Source: an uncultured Gemmataceae bacterium
GTDB lineage: Bacteria > Planctomycetota > Planctomycetia > Gemmatales > Gemmataceae
NCBI GenBank assembly: GCA_963750165.1
Contig: CAVVPN010000011.1
Location: 512,001-576,000, forward strand
Length of the DNA: 64,000 bases
Direction of reading: 5' to 3'
Within the stretch, counting starts at the first letter, position 1; each line of letters begins with the position of its first letter. Positions 30,365-43,300 of the stretch are shown piece by piece. A model generated the notes under the pieces. It had not been told where the DNA came from, searched no databases, and worked only from the letters and a program-made list of their open reading frames with translations. A program made the translations under genes and the position numbers.

Positions 30365-31299
30365 TCAAGGCAGCTGGCCCCACGACGGCTGGCGCGGCGG
30401 CGTGCGCGGCTCCTTGACCCACTCGCCCGTTTCCGGGTCGAAGGTGAACACGGAGATGGTCGGCTGCAGCCCGAACAATGGCGGCTGCACCGGCTCCGGC
30501 GCTGCCCCTGCCGGCCGTAGCGGCGCCAGCGGAATCACCGGCACCGGGCCCGTCGCCGGCCGCACCGAGATTACCGGCACCGGCTCCTCGTCCAGGTAGT
30601 GCCGCCGCTGCCGCTCGCGCTCCAGCGCCTTGACGGCCATCAATTCCTGCTGGCCCGCCATGAACACGAACAACGCCAGCACCAGCAGCATCAGCCTGTC
30701 CGGACAGAATGCCCCAGACGGCGAACAGCACGAGGACGCCGAGACCGACGCCCACCGCCGTGCGCGTGGCCCGCACCATGCCCAGCGACGGCACCAGCAG
30801 CGAACGCAGAATCCGGCCGCCGTCCATGGGGAACGCCGGCAGCACGTTGAACAGCACCAGCCCGACGTTGATCAGGCACAGGCGGATCACAAACGCAGCC
30901 GCGAAATCGTCCGGCAACCGGGGGCCAGCCAGCGCGCGGGTTCGCCAGGAACAGCAGCACCGACGGCACGAGCAGCAGCGTCGCGATGACCACGTTGACG
31001 GCCGGGCCCGCCGCGGTGATCCAGAACTCCTTCCACCAGCGGTCGCCCATGCCGTCCAGCCGGGCGACGCCACCGATCGGGTACAGGGTGATGTCGCGCG
31101 TGGCGATGCCAAAGCCGCGCGCCGCCAGGGCGTGGCCGAACTCGTGCAGCAGGATGCAGCCGAACGCGCCGAAGACAACGACCACGTTCAACAGCGTTTC
31201 CGGGCCCGGCCTGAGCGCCACGAAGATCGGCAGTAGCCAGAAGGTCCAGTGAATGAACACGTCAATTTTGAAGTAGCGACCGATCCAAAGCGATCCCAT
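30365..31299 (-). CDS. Site-2 protease (M50 family), two apparent frameshifts
   Basis: HEFGH, AGPAVN and FNVLPAFPMDGGR fall in successive frames (breaks near 30935 and 30695). Confidence 0.8.
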
Positions 31300-31559
31300 G
31301 AAGTCACCTGTCAGTTCAAGGTCGGGCGTGTGGGTGGGGCCGAAAACGCCGGCCTTGCCACATTCCCCCTTGATTAGAGGGTGCGAGCCGCGCAAGGGAT
31401 GCGGCCCGCGAGCGCTCATTCCACGAGAGGCACGGCGGCCGCCCACGGCGGAGGGTGGGCTGAACCTTTAGGCAGCCCTCGGCCCTCTATATATGGTAGC
31501 GGAGAAATGACCTCCAGGGAAACACCCCGATGGCGCTTGTCACGCCGAGGAGAAGTAAC

Positions 31560-32027
31560 ATGAAGCGGCAAAACAAGAAAAGCGAGAAAAGCGGACGGCG
31601 GATTCATCTGTGGTCGTTCGCCCAGGCCCAGGCGGCGGTGCCGTTGCTGCGGTCGATTGTCCAAACCTTACGCGATACCTGGCTCGAAGCGCTCACCCAC
31701 CATCACCGTGCTGAACGCCTGGCCGACAAGCCCGGCCGGCCCAACCGGGCCGCCCTCACCGCCCTCGACGACGAACGCCAGACGGCCGCGCGGGCCGAGT
31801 CGCAGTTCCACGTCACCCTGGACGAGCTGGAAGACCTCGACGTTTTTTGTGCGGACCCCCTCAACGGCCTGGCCGTCATCCCATTCCGGCAACACGATCA
31901 ACTCGCCTGGTTCGTCTTCGACCTGTTCGACGACGCCGGCCTTACCGCGTGGCGCTACGACGCCGACCCGTTGGAGACGCGGCACCCGCTGTCCGAGGTG
32001 GACGGGGCGCGGGCGCTGGTGGCGTGA
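31560..32027 (+). CDS. DUF2203-like hypothetical protein
   Basis: WSFAQAQAAVPLLRSIV, coiled helix, DPLNGLAVIPF pattern; AGGAG RBS. Confidence 0.65.
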   Translation: MKRQNKKSEKSGRRIHLWSFAQAQAAVPLLRSIVQTLRDTWLEALTHHHRAERLADKPGRPNRAALTALDDERQTAARAESQFHVTLDELEDLDVFCADPLNGLAVIPFRQHDQLAWFVFDLFDDAGLTAWRYDADPLETRHPLSEVDGARALVA

Positions 32028-32050
32028 ATCGTGCTCCGGATTGGACCGGA

Positions 32051-32110
32051 GAGAACCCCGATTATGTTTCGCGCGGATCGCAAGCCGCGCGAAACATAAT
32101 CGGGGTTCTC
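32051..32110. repeat. REP-like hairpin
   Basis: Perfect 26-bp arms GAGAACCCCGATTATGTTTCGCGCGG; core TTCGCGYGG..CCGCGCGAA shared with 5284-5330. Confidence 0.85.
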
Positions 32111-32199
32111 CGTTGACGGGGCTCTACGCTTCGCCTTCCACCCAACGTCCGGATGCGTTACACTTCGCCGAAGACCCTGACCCGTGGAGGGATTTTCGC

Positions 32200-33064
32200 A
32201 TGTCGAGCACGAAGCCCCGCGCCCTGCTGCGCATCGAGTACGAGGAGGCCGCGGAGGCTTACCTGCGCAGCCTGCCAGCGGAGCACCACATGGAAGCGTT
32301 CGCTCAGTCCACCCAGCGCAAGATCACGACCACGAGCATGGACACCGTCCGCGTTCATCGTCCCGAAGTTCAGACCTTCAGCGAACTGTTGGTGCAGTAC
32401 CCGCTGCCGGGCGTCCCGCGGCCCCATCAGGTGGTGCCCGACAACATGGTCGTGCTGTGGCCCGAACCGATCCGGGTGAGCGGCAGTTTCGACTTGCCCT
32501 TCCAGCCGGCCCCGCCGTTCCTGATGCTGGAGTATGTGTCCAAGGGCAGCAAGCGCAAGGACTACGAGGAGAATCTCGTCAAGTACGAGCGCGACCTGCA
32601 GGTGCCCTACTACCTGATCTTCTACCCCGACGCCCAGGACTTGACACTGTATCACCTCAGCGAAGGCCGGTACGAGAGTGTCAAGCCCAACGACCAGGGC
32701 CGGCTTCCCCTGCCGAAACTGGAGCTGGAGGTGGCGCTGCTGGACGGCTGGATGCGGTACTGGTTCCGCGGGGAATTGCTGTCGCTTACCGACGAACTGA
32801 TTCGCGAGATGAAGGAGTTGCGCCGGATTGCGCAGGAAGAACGGCAGCGCGCCGACCGGGAAGCCCAGCGCGCCGACCAGGAGTGCCGGCGCGGAGCAGG
32901 CAGAGCAGGCCCGAGCGCAGGCGGAGCAGGCCCGAGCGCAGGCGGAGCAGGCCCAAGCGCTGGCGGAGCAGGTCCGGATTCAGGAGCAGTTGGCTCGGCT
33001 GCAAGCCGAGCAGGAGGTGGCTCGCCTCCGTGCCCTGCTGGAGCAACTCGGTACGCCGCCGGGT

Positions 33065-33070
<6 letters not shown>
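32200..33070 (+). CDS. Uma2 family (PD-(D/E)XK) putative endonuclease with coiled-coil tail; frameshift near 32890
   Basis: VPDNMV, LEYVS, DYEE..KYE..VPYYLIF; AEQARAQ heptad repeats in the alternate frame ending at 33070. Confidence 0.8.
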
Positions 33071-35605
<2,535 letters not shown>

Positions 35606-35674
35606 CTAACATCATTCCGCCTGCAGAGATCGTCCAGCGCTCAGAGCGGTTCGCAAGCGCGTGGACCACCCCCC

Positions 35675-35733
35675 GTAGGACGGCTCTCCAGAGCCGTCTC
35701 CGAGACAAGGACGGCTCTGGAGAGCCGTCCCAC
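35675..35733. repeat. REP doublet (same family as 23489-23561)
   Basis: GTAGGACGGCTCTCCAGAGCCGTC ... GACGGCTCTGGAGAGCCGTCCCAC. Confidence 0.88.
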
Positions 35734-35852
35734 AGGCTGTGCGCAAACCAAGTGTGAACCACTGCTCTGTAAATAGGCCGCATTCCTGATGGTACGTTCA
35801 GTGGTTGCGGCCATTTTCATGAACTCTGGGTGAACCCCAGTTCATGACGACT

Positions 35853-36881
35853 CTAACCCGGCACTCCCTCGATGACACTCACCTCGGTCGCCGTCGGCAC
35901 AATGCGCGTCAGGCGGAAGCCCGCCTTCTCGTACAGTTCGCGGTACTCCTGCTCCGTGCGCTCCTGGCCGCCGGGAATCACGAGCATGTTCACGTCCAGC
36001 CACTTGCCGAAGAACGGCTCGTTGCCCGGCGGGATGACGCACTCGACCAGCAGCAACTTCGCGGTCGCGGCCATCGCCTTGCGGCAGTGGCGCAGAATCG
36101 TCAGCGCCTGCTCGTCGTTCCAGTCGTGGATGATGTGCCGCATCAGGTAGGCGTCACGGCCGGGCGGCAGGTGGTCGAAGAAGCTGCCGGCGACGAGGGT
36201 GCAGCGCTGATCCAGGCCGGCGGCCTTCAGGTCCGCGCGCACGCGCTCCACCACGTCGGGCCGGTCGAACAGGACGCCCTCCAGGTTCGGGTGCCGCTCC
36301 AGCACCGCGGCCAGCAAACTGCCGTTGCCACCGCCCACGTCCACCAGAGTGCCGAACGCCGCGAAGTCGTAGGCGTCCAGCATGGCCTGCGTCTCGACGT
36401 TGTGGACACCCGTCATGGCGGCGTCAAAAATTTTGGCGGCGGTGGGATGCCGGGCCAGGTACGCGAAAATCGGCTGGCTGAACACCTTGTCGAACGCCGG
36501 CTGGCCGGTTTCCAGGCTGTAGAGCAACGCGCCCCAGGCACGGTAGTGCTCTTCGCCCATCATGATCGCCACGGGCCGCTGCGAGCCCGGCACGTCGCTG
36601 AGCAGGCAGGTCGCCAGCGGCGTCAGTCCGAAGGTGCCATCGGCGTGCTCGGTGAACACGTCCACGCTGGCCAGGGCGCGCAGCAAGCGGTACAGCGCCC
36701 GGGGATTGGTCCTCGTCGCCTCGGCCAGCTGGGCCGGCGTGCGCGGGCCGTTCTCGAGCTGGTCGGCGAGGCCGAGCAGGGCCGCCGCGTACAGGCCCTG
36801 GGCGACCCAGACGCCCGTCAACAGGTGCATCATTTGCTGCTGCGGCGGCGGCGTGACGGGGGTGTGCGCGGAGGTGGTCAT
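35853..36881 (-). CDS. SAM-dependent O-methyltransferase (Methyltransf_2 with dimerisation domain)
   Basis: VDVGGGNG, GSFF, HIIHDW, GGQERT. Confidence 0.9.
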   Translation of the reverse strand: MTTSAHTPVTPPPQQQMMHLLTGVWVAQGLYAAALLGLADQLENGPRTPAQLAEATRTNPRALYRLLRALASVDVFTEHADGTFGLTPLATCLLSDVPGSQRPVAIMMGEEHYRAWGALLYSLETGQPAFDKVFSQPIFAYLARHPTAAKIFDAAMTGVHNVETQAMLDAYDFAAFGTLVDVGGGNGSLLAAVLERHPNLEGVLFDRPDVVERVRADLKAAGLDQRCTLVAGSFFDHLPPGRDAYLMRHIIHDWNDEQALTILRHCRKAMAATAKLLLVECVIPPGNEPFFGKWLDVNMLVIPGGQERTEQEYRELYEKAGFRLTRIVPTATEVSVIEGVPG

Positions 36882-36972
36882 GGTGCGTCTTCTCCTGTCG
36901 GTGCGGGCGGCTTGACATCGCCGCCCTGTTTGCCAGGATAGCAAGCGGGCCGATCATCTGCGAGGGCTGACC

Positions 36973-37866
36973 ATGAGCGCGGCGCTACTCGGGGCTTTGT
37001 GGTTATTGCTGACGCCGGAACCCGGCACGTGGGGCAGACATTCCTGTTTGCCGAACGCCTGGCAGACAGGAATGTCTGCCCCACGATTGCAAGCGGCGGA
37101 AAAAGATCAGCCGCGCTCGCACCCACGGCTGCCGAAGGAGCGGCCCGACGGCCGGCGCGAAAAGCTGTCGCTGGGCACGCTGTTCCTGCCGAAAGCGCTG
37201 CCGCTCAAGGGCGCGGTGCCGCTGCTGATCCACTTCCACGGCGGCGACTGGCTGGCGGAGGTGGCGGCGGCGCGGCAGGGCATGGCGGTGCTGACGGTGC
37301 AGCTCGGCAGCGGCTCCGCGGTCTACGGCAAGCCGTTCGCGGACCCGAAGCGCTTCGGCGAACTGCTGCGCGAGATCGAGACGAAGGCGAACCTTCGCGT
37401 CGGTGCCGTGACGCTGAGCGGCTGGAGCGCCGGCTATGGCGCCGTCCGAGCCATTCTGAAAACGCCGGACGGGTTCGCGCGCGTGCAGGGGGTGGTGCTG
37501 CTCGACGGCATGCACGCGGGCTACGCTGACAAGGACAAGAAACAGGTCGTCGCGGAGCACGTGGAGGTGTTTGTAAAGTTCGCGAAGGAAGCGGCGGCCG
37601 GCAAGAAGCGCATGCTCATCTCGCACAGCGAAATCGTGCCCGGCGCCTACGCCAGCACGACGGAGACGGCCGATTACCTGCTCGCGCAACTGGAACTGCC
37701 GCGCCAGGCCAGCCGGCACGTCGGGCCGGTGCGGATGCAGCAGCGCAGCGAAGCGCGGCGCGGCCGTCTGCTCGTCCTGGGCTTCGTCGGCGACGCTGCG
37801 CCGGATCACGTCGATCACCTGTACGCGCTGCCGGACTACTTGAAAACGTTGGCCCAACTCCCATAG
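36973..37866 (+). CDS. Secreted alpha/beta-hydrolase-like protein with in-frame REP insert
   Basis: Hydrophobic leader, HFHG, GWSAG nucleophile elbow, LLDGMH. Confidence 0.7.
   Translation: MSAALLGALWLLLTPEPGTWGRHSCLPNAWQTGMSAPRLQAAEKDQPRSHPRLPKERPDGRREKLSLGTLFLPKALPLKGAVPLLIHFHGGDWLAEVAAARQGMAVLTVQLGSGSAVYGKPFADPKRFGELLREIETKANLRVGAVTLSGWSAGYGAVRAILKTPDGFARVQGVVLLDGMHAGYADKDKKQVVAEHVEVFVKFAKEAAAGKKRMLISHSEIVPGAYASTTETADYLLAQLELPRQASRHVGPVRMQQRSEARRGRLLVLGFVGDAAPDHVDHLYALPDYLKTLAQLP
37028..37085. repeat. GTGG-type REP doublet inside a CDS
   Basis: CGTGGGGCAGACATTCCTGTTTGCC / GGCAGACAGGAATGTCTGCCCCACG, 25-bp arms with 1 mismatch. Confidence 0.85.
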
Positions 37867-37883
37867 CAATAGCGGAGGGCTTC

Positions 37884-38095
37884 CTTCTTCGACGATGGCA
37901 CGCGGAACAGGGAGAACGCTACACTCTGTTGTGGCCTGGTCTCCGGACCAGGCCACGGGTTTGGACCGAAGGTCTCCCGAGTGCCAGGCGCAGGAAGAGG
38001 AGACCTTCGGTCGCAGAGGTGGCACGGTCGGGAGACCGGGCCACAAAGCGGGGGATTGCTTCTTCGACGATGGCACGCGGAACAGGGAGAACGCT
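37884..38095. repeat. Composite REP (37928-38044) flanked by perfect 37-bp direct repeats
   Basis: CTTCTTCGACGATGGCACGCGGAACAGGGAGAACGCT at 37884-37920 and 38059-38095. Confidence 0.88.
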
Positions 38096-38096
38096 T

Positions 38097-40109
38097 GTGG
38101 GCCCGATCACGATGGTTTTCGGAGCAGTGCTGATCGCCCTCGGGGGCGTGGGCTTCGTCTCGACCGGGATGGAGCATCCGACGGCGTTGATCCCGGCGTA
38201 CTTCGGCCTGGCGCTGGCGCTGCTGGGCGGCCTGGCGCTGAAGGACCACCTGCGCAAGCACGCCATGCACCTGGCGGCAATGGTCGGCCTCGTCGGCTGT
38301 ATCGGCGGCCTGGTCATGGTCGTGCTGACGTTGACGAAGGGCGCGATCGAGCGGCCGGTGGCGTTCGGCATGCAGATCGGCATGGCTATCCTGTGCGCCG
38401 CGTTCGTCGGCCTGTGCGTCAAGTCGTTCATCGACGCCCGCCGCGCCCGCAAGCGCCGCGCGGCGGACTCCGCGGCCGAAACGCCGGCGCCGACGCCTGA
38501 CCCCACGGCCGCGGAAGCACCCATGAGCGACCAGCCGCCAGCCGTCAGCCGTCTGCCACCCGTCCCCAACGGCACCTCTGTCGTGTTCCTCCTGCTGCTG
38601 GCGTACAACTATTACGTCCCGTTCGCCGACCTCGATTACGCCTGGCAAATCCGCACCGGCGCCGAGATCGTCCGCAGCGGCGACCTGCGTCCAGCCGACA
38701 CGCTGACGTACACCATCGCAGGCACCCGGCCGCACGACTTCTGCTGGCTGTACGAGGTCGTCCTCTGGGCCGTCTGGAACGTCTTCGGCTACGGCGGCCT
38801 GAAACTGCTGAAAACGCTGCTGGTGCTGGCGCCGCTGCTGGTCGTGGTCTGGCACCTGCGCCGCCAGGGGGTGCGCTGGCACGGCCTTGCGCTGACCCTG
38901 GGCGTCGCGGTCGCGGCGCTGAGCAACCTCTGGAACCTGCGGCCGTTCTACTGCTCGACCGTTTGTCTGCTGCTGACCACCGCCTGGCTGCACGACCACT
39001 GCACCGGCCGCCGGCCGCTGCCGTGGCTGCTGGTGCCGCTGCTGGCGCTGGGCGCCAACTGTCACCCCAGTGTCATCATGAGCCAGGGGTTGCTCGTCGG
39101 GGCGGTCGGCTGGGAGTGGCTCAACGCCCGCCTGCGCTTGAACCCACCGCTGCCGCGGTCGGCCCTGTGGCGGTTGACCATGGTCGGCGTCCTCGGCGTG
39201 GCGGCGGGGTTTCTGAGCCCTGACCCGCTGGACCGCCTGCTGTACCCGTTCCGACCGGAGGTGCGCCACCCGATCATGCGCATCTTCACCGAAATGCAGC
39301 CGCTTTATCGATTCGCCGACACCCCCTGGGCGGTCGTGACCTACGCGGTGGCGGCCGTGACGGCGTTGACGGTCGTGCTGCGCTTCCGTCAGTATCGGCT
39401 CTGGGAAGTGGCCCTGCTCGTGGTCCTGGCGGTGCTGGCCAACACCGCCGTGCGCGCCCTGCAGGACTGGCTGCTGACCATGCTGCTGCTGAGCGTGCCG
39501 CATCTGGTGCTGCTGCTGCGTCGGGCGGCGGAGTATCGGCGGCGATCCCGTTTCGCCGCGCTGCTGCTGCGTGGCGATTGTCTGTGCAAGCGCGTCTGCC
39601 ACAGCCCGCTGTTCCGCTTCCAGCCGTTCTGGCCGCTGGCGGGCCTGGCGGTGCTGGCCGTGGTGTCGCTGACGCCGCCGTGGTGCTGGCGGGTGGAGCG
39701 GCAGGAGGGCGCTGAGCACCCGGCCGGGGCGGTCGCGTTCATCCAGGAGCGCGGCTATTTCGGCCGTTATTTCGCGCCGCCGAACTTCGGGGCCTATCTG
39801 TCGTGGAAGCTCGGCGACCGGGTCAAGGTATACGTGGACACGCGCGGCTTTTACTTCCCGCCGCAGTTGCTGGAGGACAGCGTTTACCTGCCGGCGCTGC
39901 ACGGCGACTGGCGCGAACGGCTCGACCGTGTGCTCGACACCTATCACACGGACTTTTTTTTCCTGGAGACGGACGGGGAACGCGGCAAACTGTGGTTGCT
40001 GCTCAAGCCCCACGTTCGCCACCCATTGTTCCTGGAAAAGGGCGAGAAGGTGGTGCTGCTCAGCCAGGAACAGGTGCGTGCGGCCGTGCGGATGTTGGAG
40101 CGGCGCTGA
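38097..40109 (+). CDS. Small 4-TM protein read in frame into a polytopic membrane protein (second start probably 38523; GT-C-like architecture)
   Basis: First ~125 aa form a 4-TM unit, then an Ala/Pro linker, then DLDYAWQIRTG..WLYEV multi-TM domain with a periplasmic tail (GAYLSW..VYVDTR). Confidence 0.65.
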   Translation: MGPITMVFGAVLIALGGVGFVSTGMEHPTALIPAYFGLALALLGGLALKDHLRKHAMHLAAMVGLVGCIGGLVMVVLTLTKGAIERPVAFGMQIGMAILCAAFVGLCVKSFIDARRARKRRAADSAAETPAPTPDPTAAEAPMSDQPPAVSRLPPVPNGTSVVFLLLLAYNYYVPFADLDYAWQIRTGAEIVRSGDLRPADTLTYTIAGTRPHDFCWLYEVVLWAVWNVFGYGGLKLLKTLLVLAPLLVVVWHLRRQGVRWHGLALTLGVAVAALSNLWNLRPFYCSTVCLLLTTAWLHDHCTGRRPLPWLLVPLLALGANCHPSVIMSQGLLVGAVGWEWLNARLRLNPPLPRSALWRLTMVGVLGVAAGFLSPDPLDRLLYPFRPEVRHPIMRIFTEMQPLYRFADTPWAVVTYAVAAVTALTVVLRFRQYRLWEVALLVVLAVLANTAVRALQDWLLTMLLLSVPHLVLLLRRAAEYRRRSRFAALLLRGDCLCKRVCHSPLFRFQPFWPLAGLAVLAVVSLTPPWCWRVERQEGAEHPAGAVAFIQERGYFGRYFAPPNFGAYLSWKLGDRVKVYVDTRGFYFPPQLLEDSVYLPALHGDWRERLDRVLDTYHTDFFFLETDGERGKLWLLLKPHVRHPLFLEKGEKVVLLSQEQVRAAVRMLERR

Positions 40110-40133
40110 CGCACGGGGCAGCAGTCTCCCACG

Positions 40134-40215
40134 GGCGGGTAGGGAATCCGCGCGTCCCCTGGGGCAATCAGGGGGGTCTGTGAAATGAAATGAAATGAAA
40201 CCATCCCTGGCCACC
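40134..40215 (-). ncRNA. Candidate small structured RNA, copy A
   Basis: Follows TTCCCC-17-TACAAT; homologous to 53680-53759; ends can pair; (UUUCA)x4 loop. Confidence 0.5.
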
Positions 40216-40221
40216 TTCTTT

Positions 40222-40250
40222 ATTGTACCGCTCAGCCCGCTCCCGGGGAA
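40222..40250 (-). promoter_or_regulatory. Sigma70-like promoter of candidate RNA A
   Basis: TTCCCC (40250-40245), 17-bp spacer, TACAAT (40227-40222). Confidence 0.55.
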
Positions 40251-40372
40251 CTGCCCTGTGCCCGCGGCCAGGCCGTTCGGGGTGCCCCCACCGGGGCTGG
40301 GAGGAAGAAGCAAACGCCCCTGAGCCCCAGACGCCGGCGCGGGCGGCCCTGCGCTGACTCCTGGGGCTGGGA

Positions 40373-43300
40373 TCAGGATGCGTCGCTCAGCGGTTCCTCC
40401 ACCTCACCGCCGAACACCTCCCGGAAGCCGCGCAGGTGCTCGGCAAGCAACTGCTTCAACTTCACACCCTGCACCTGCTCCTGATGCTGGAAGCGCAGCC
40501 GCAGCAGATCGCCCTGGCTGTGCGGCTTGATCTCCGGCCCAACGCCGAGCTTGTCCACCGCGCTCAGGTTGAACTGACCGCGTTTTCCCAGGAATCGACA
40601 ATCGAGGCTGTGCGGATCCTTGGTGCGCCACTGCGCCCAGCTGCGGCCGACGCCCGGCACCTTGATGGTGATGCTGTCGCGCGTCTCCCAGCGCACGGTC
40701 AGGCCCGGTTCGACCTCGCGCAGCACCTGGAGCAGGCTCGCCAGGACGCCGCGGTCCCAGTACACCTTGCGGCCGGGCGGGAAGCCCTTGTCGCCGAGGT
40801 GCCAGCGCTCACCGTTGACCTTCCACGGCATCACATCTTCTGGCTTCGTCCGCAGCCGCTTGAGGTTGTCGTTGAACTTCTGCACCGCTTCCTTGAGGAA
40901 TTGCTTGAACGCCGGCGTGTCGATCTCGCTGAGGCGGTGGACGAGCACGGCGACCTCCTGCCACGGCCCGCGGCGGTTGGCGACCTGCACGCGCGGCTCG
41001 CTGCCGTAGACCTCCAGGCCGGGCGTGTCGTTCAGTGGCGGGATGCCCAGGCTGCTGTTGAGTTCGTCCTGTTTGAAGCCGTTCTTGCCGACGCGGAACA
41101 CCAGCCGCACCAGCCATTCGCGGCCGGTCATGGCGTGCAGGAACCAGCCCTGCGTCTTCTGGGCCGCGGCGATCTCGATGACGGTGCGGTGGTTCCAGTT
41201 TGTCGCGCTGAAGGTGCCGAGCGCGTGGACCTGCTGGTCAATCCAGTCGATCAGCTGGCCCTCCCAGCGGGCCGGCTTGCCGTCGCTGGTGACGCGCAGT
41301 TCCGTGTGCCAGCGGCGACCGTCAGTCTCCCACGGCATCTTCGCGTCCTTGCCGACCGCCTCCAGCGGCACGTCGTCCTGTCGCTCCGCCGCCGCCCGGT
41401 GCGGGTCGAACTTGACGCGCTCCTGGTGCGGCCCCGCCTGCAAGATTTCCGCGAGGATGACGCCCGTATGCGACGCCGCGACCTGCGCCACCGTCTCCGG
41501 CGTCCCCTCGGCGACGATCCGGCCGCCGGCCGCACCGGCTTCGGGGCCGAGGTCGATCAGCCAGTCGGCTGTCTTGATCACGTCCAGGTTGTGCTCCACC
41601 ACGATGACGGTGTTGCCAAGATCGACCAGCCGGTTGAGCACGTCGAGCAGCTTGCGGATGTCGTCGAAGTGCAGGCCAGTGGTCGGCTCGTCGAGCAGGT
41701 AGACGGTGCGGCCGGTGTTGGGCCGGGCCAGTTCCGCCGCCAGCTTCACGCGCTGCGCCTCACCGCCCGACAGCGTCGGCGCCGCCTGCCCCAGCGCCAG
41801 GTAATCGAGGCCCACGTCGGCCAATGTCTGGAGCACGCGGCGAATCTTCGGGATGTTGCCGAATAACTCCAGCGCCTCGCGGACGCGCATGGTCAGCACG
41901 TCGGCGATGGTCTTGCCCTTGTAGCGCACCAGCAGCGTTTCGGGGTTGTAGCGCTGCCCCTGGCAGATGTCGCACTCCACCCACACATCCGGGAGGAAGT
42001 GCATCTCAATTTTTTTCTGACCGTTGCCCTCACACGCCTCGCAGCGGCCGCCGGGGGCGTTGAAGCTGAAGCGCTTGGCCTGGTAGCCGCGCACCTTCGA
42101 CTCCGGCAACTGGGCGAACAACTGGCGGATCAGGTCGAAAACGCCGGTGTAGGTCGCGGGGTTGGAACTCGGTGAGTTGCCGATGGGATCCTGATCGACG
42201 TTGATGACCTTGTCGATTTTTTCCAACCCGAGGATGGCGTCATGAGCGCCGACGAGCGTGCGCGCCCGGTGCAGTTTACGGGCGAGGCTGCTGTAGAGAA
42301 TCTCATGGACCAGCGACGACTTGCCCGAACCGCTGACGCCCGTGACGGCGATGAACGAGCCCAGCGGAAAGGCCACGTCAATGTCCTTGAGGTTGTTCTG
42401 CCGCGCCCCCTTGACGATCAGGGAATTAGCCACAGAGGACACAGAGGGCACAGAGGAAGAAGAGGAATTGGTTTTGTCTCCTTTGGTTTTTCTCTCTGTG
42501 TCCTCTGTGGCTAAGATTCGGCGATTGGTCGGCACCGGGATGGCCTTTTTGCCAGAGAGGTACTGGCCGGTCAGCGACGCCCTGGCGCGCTGCACCTGCT
42601 TCGGCGTGCCGGCCGCGGTGATCTCGCCGCCCTGGTCGCCGGCTCCTGGCCCGAAGTCCAGCAAATAATCCGCCGCGGCGATGACCTCGCGGTCGTGCTC
42701 CACCAGCAGCAGCGTGTTGCCAAGGTCGCGCAGGTGCGTCAGCGCTTTGAGCAAACGGCGGTTGTCACGCGGGTGCAGGCCGATGGTCGGCTCGTCCAGC
42801 ACGTAGAGCACGCCGGTCAGGCCGCTGCCGATCTGACTCGCCAGGCGGATGCGCTGCGACTCGCCGCCCGAGAGCGTCGGTGTCGGTCGGCTCAGCGTCA
42901 GGTAATCCAGGCCAACATCGACCAGGAACTGCGTGCGATTCGTGATCTCGCGCAGCAGCTCTCCCGCCACCTGCCGTTGCTCCTTCGACAGCTTGAGCGC
43001 CTTGAAAAGTTGCAGCGTTTGACCGAGCGGCAGGTCGCACAACTGGCCGAGCGTCTGGCCCTGGAAGCGGCACGCCGCCGCGTCGTCGCGCAACCGTGAG
43101 CCCTGGCAGGCGGAGCAGGGCACTTCGCTAACGACCTGATCGAGCTGGCTGCGGTATACGAAACTGACACGCGACGCCTCATCGACCGCCGGCAGCAGGC
43201 CCTTGTACTGGAACTTGACGGTCGGCCTGCCCTGGCTCGCGGCCGCCGGGTCGAGCGCAATCCACGCCTCACCGGTGCCGTGCAGGATGGCCCGCTGCTG

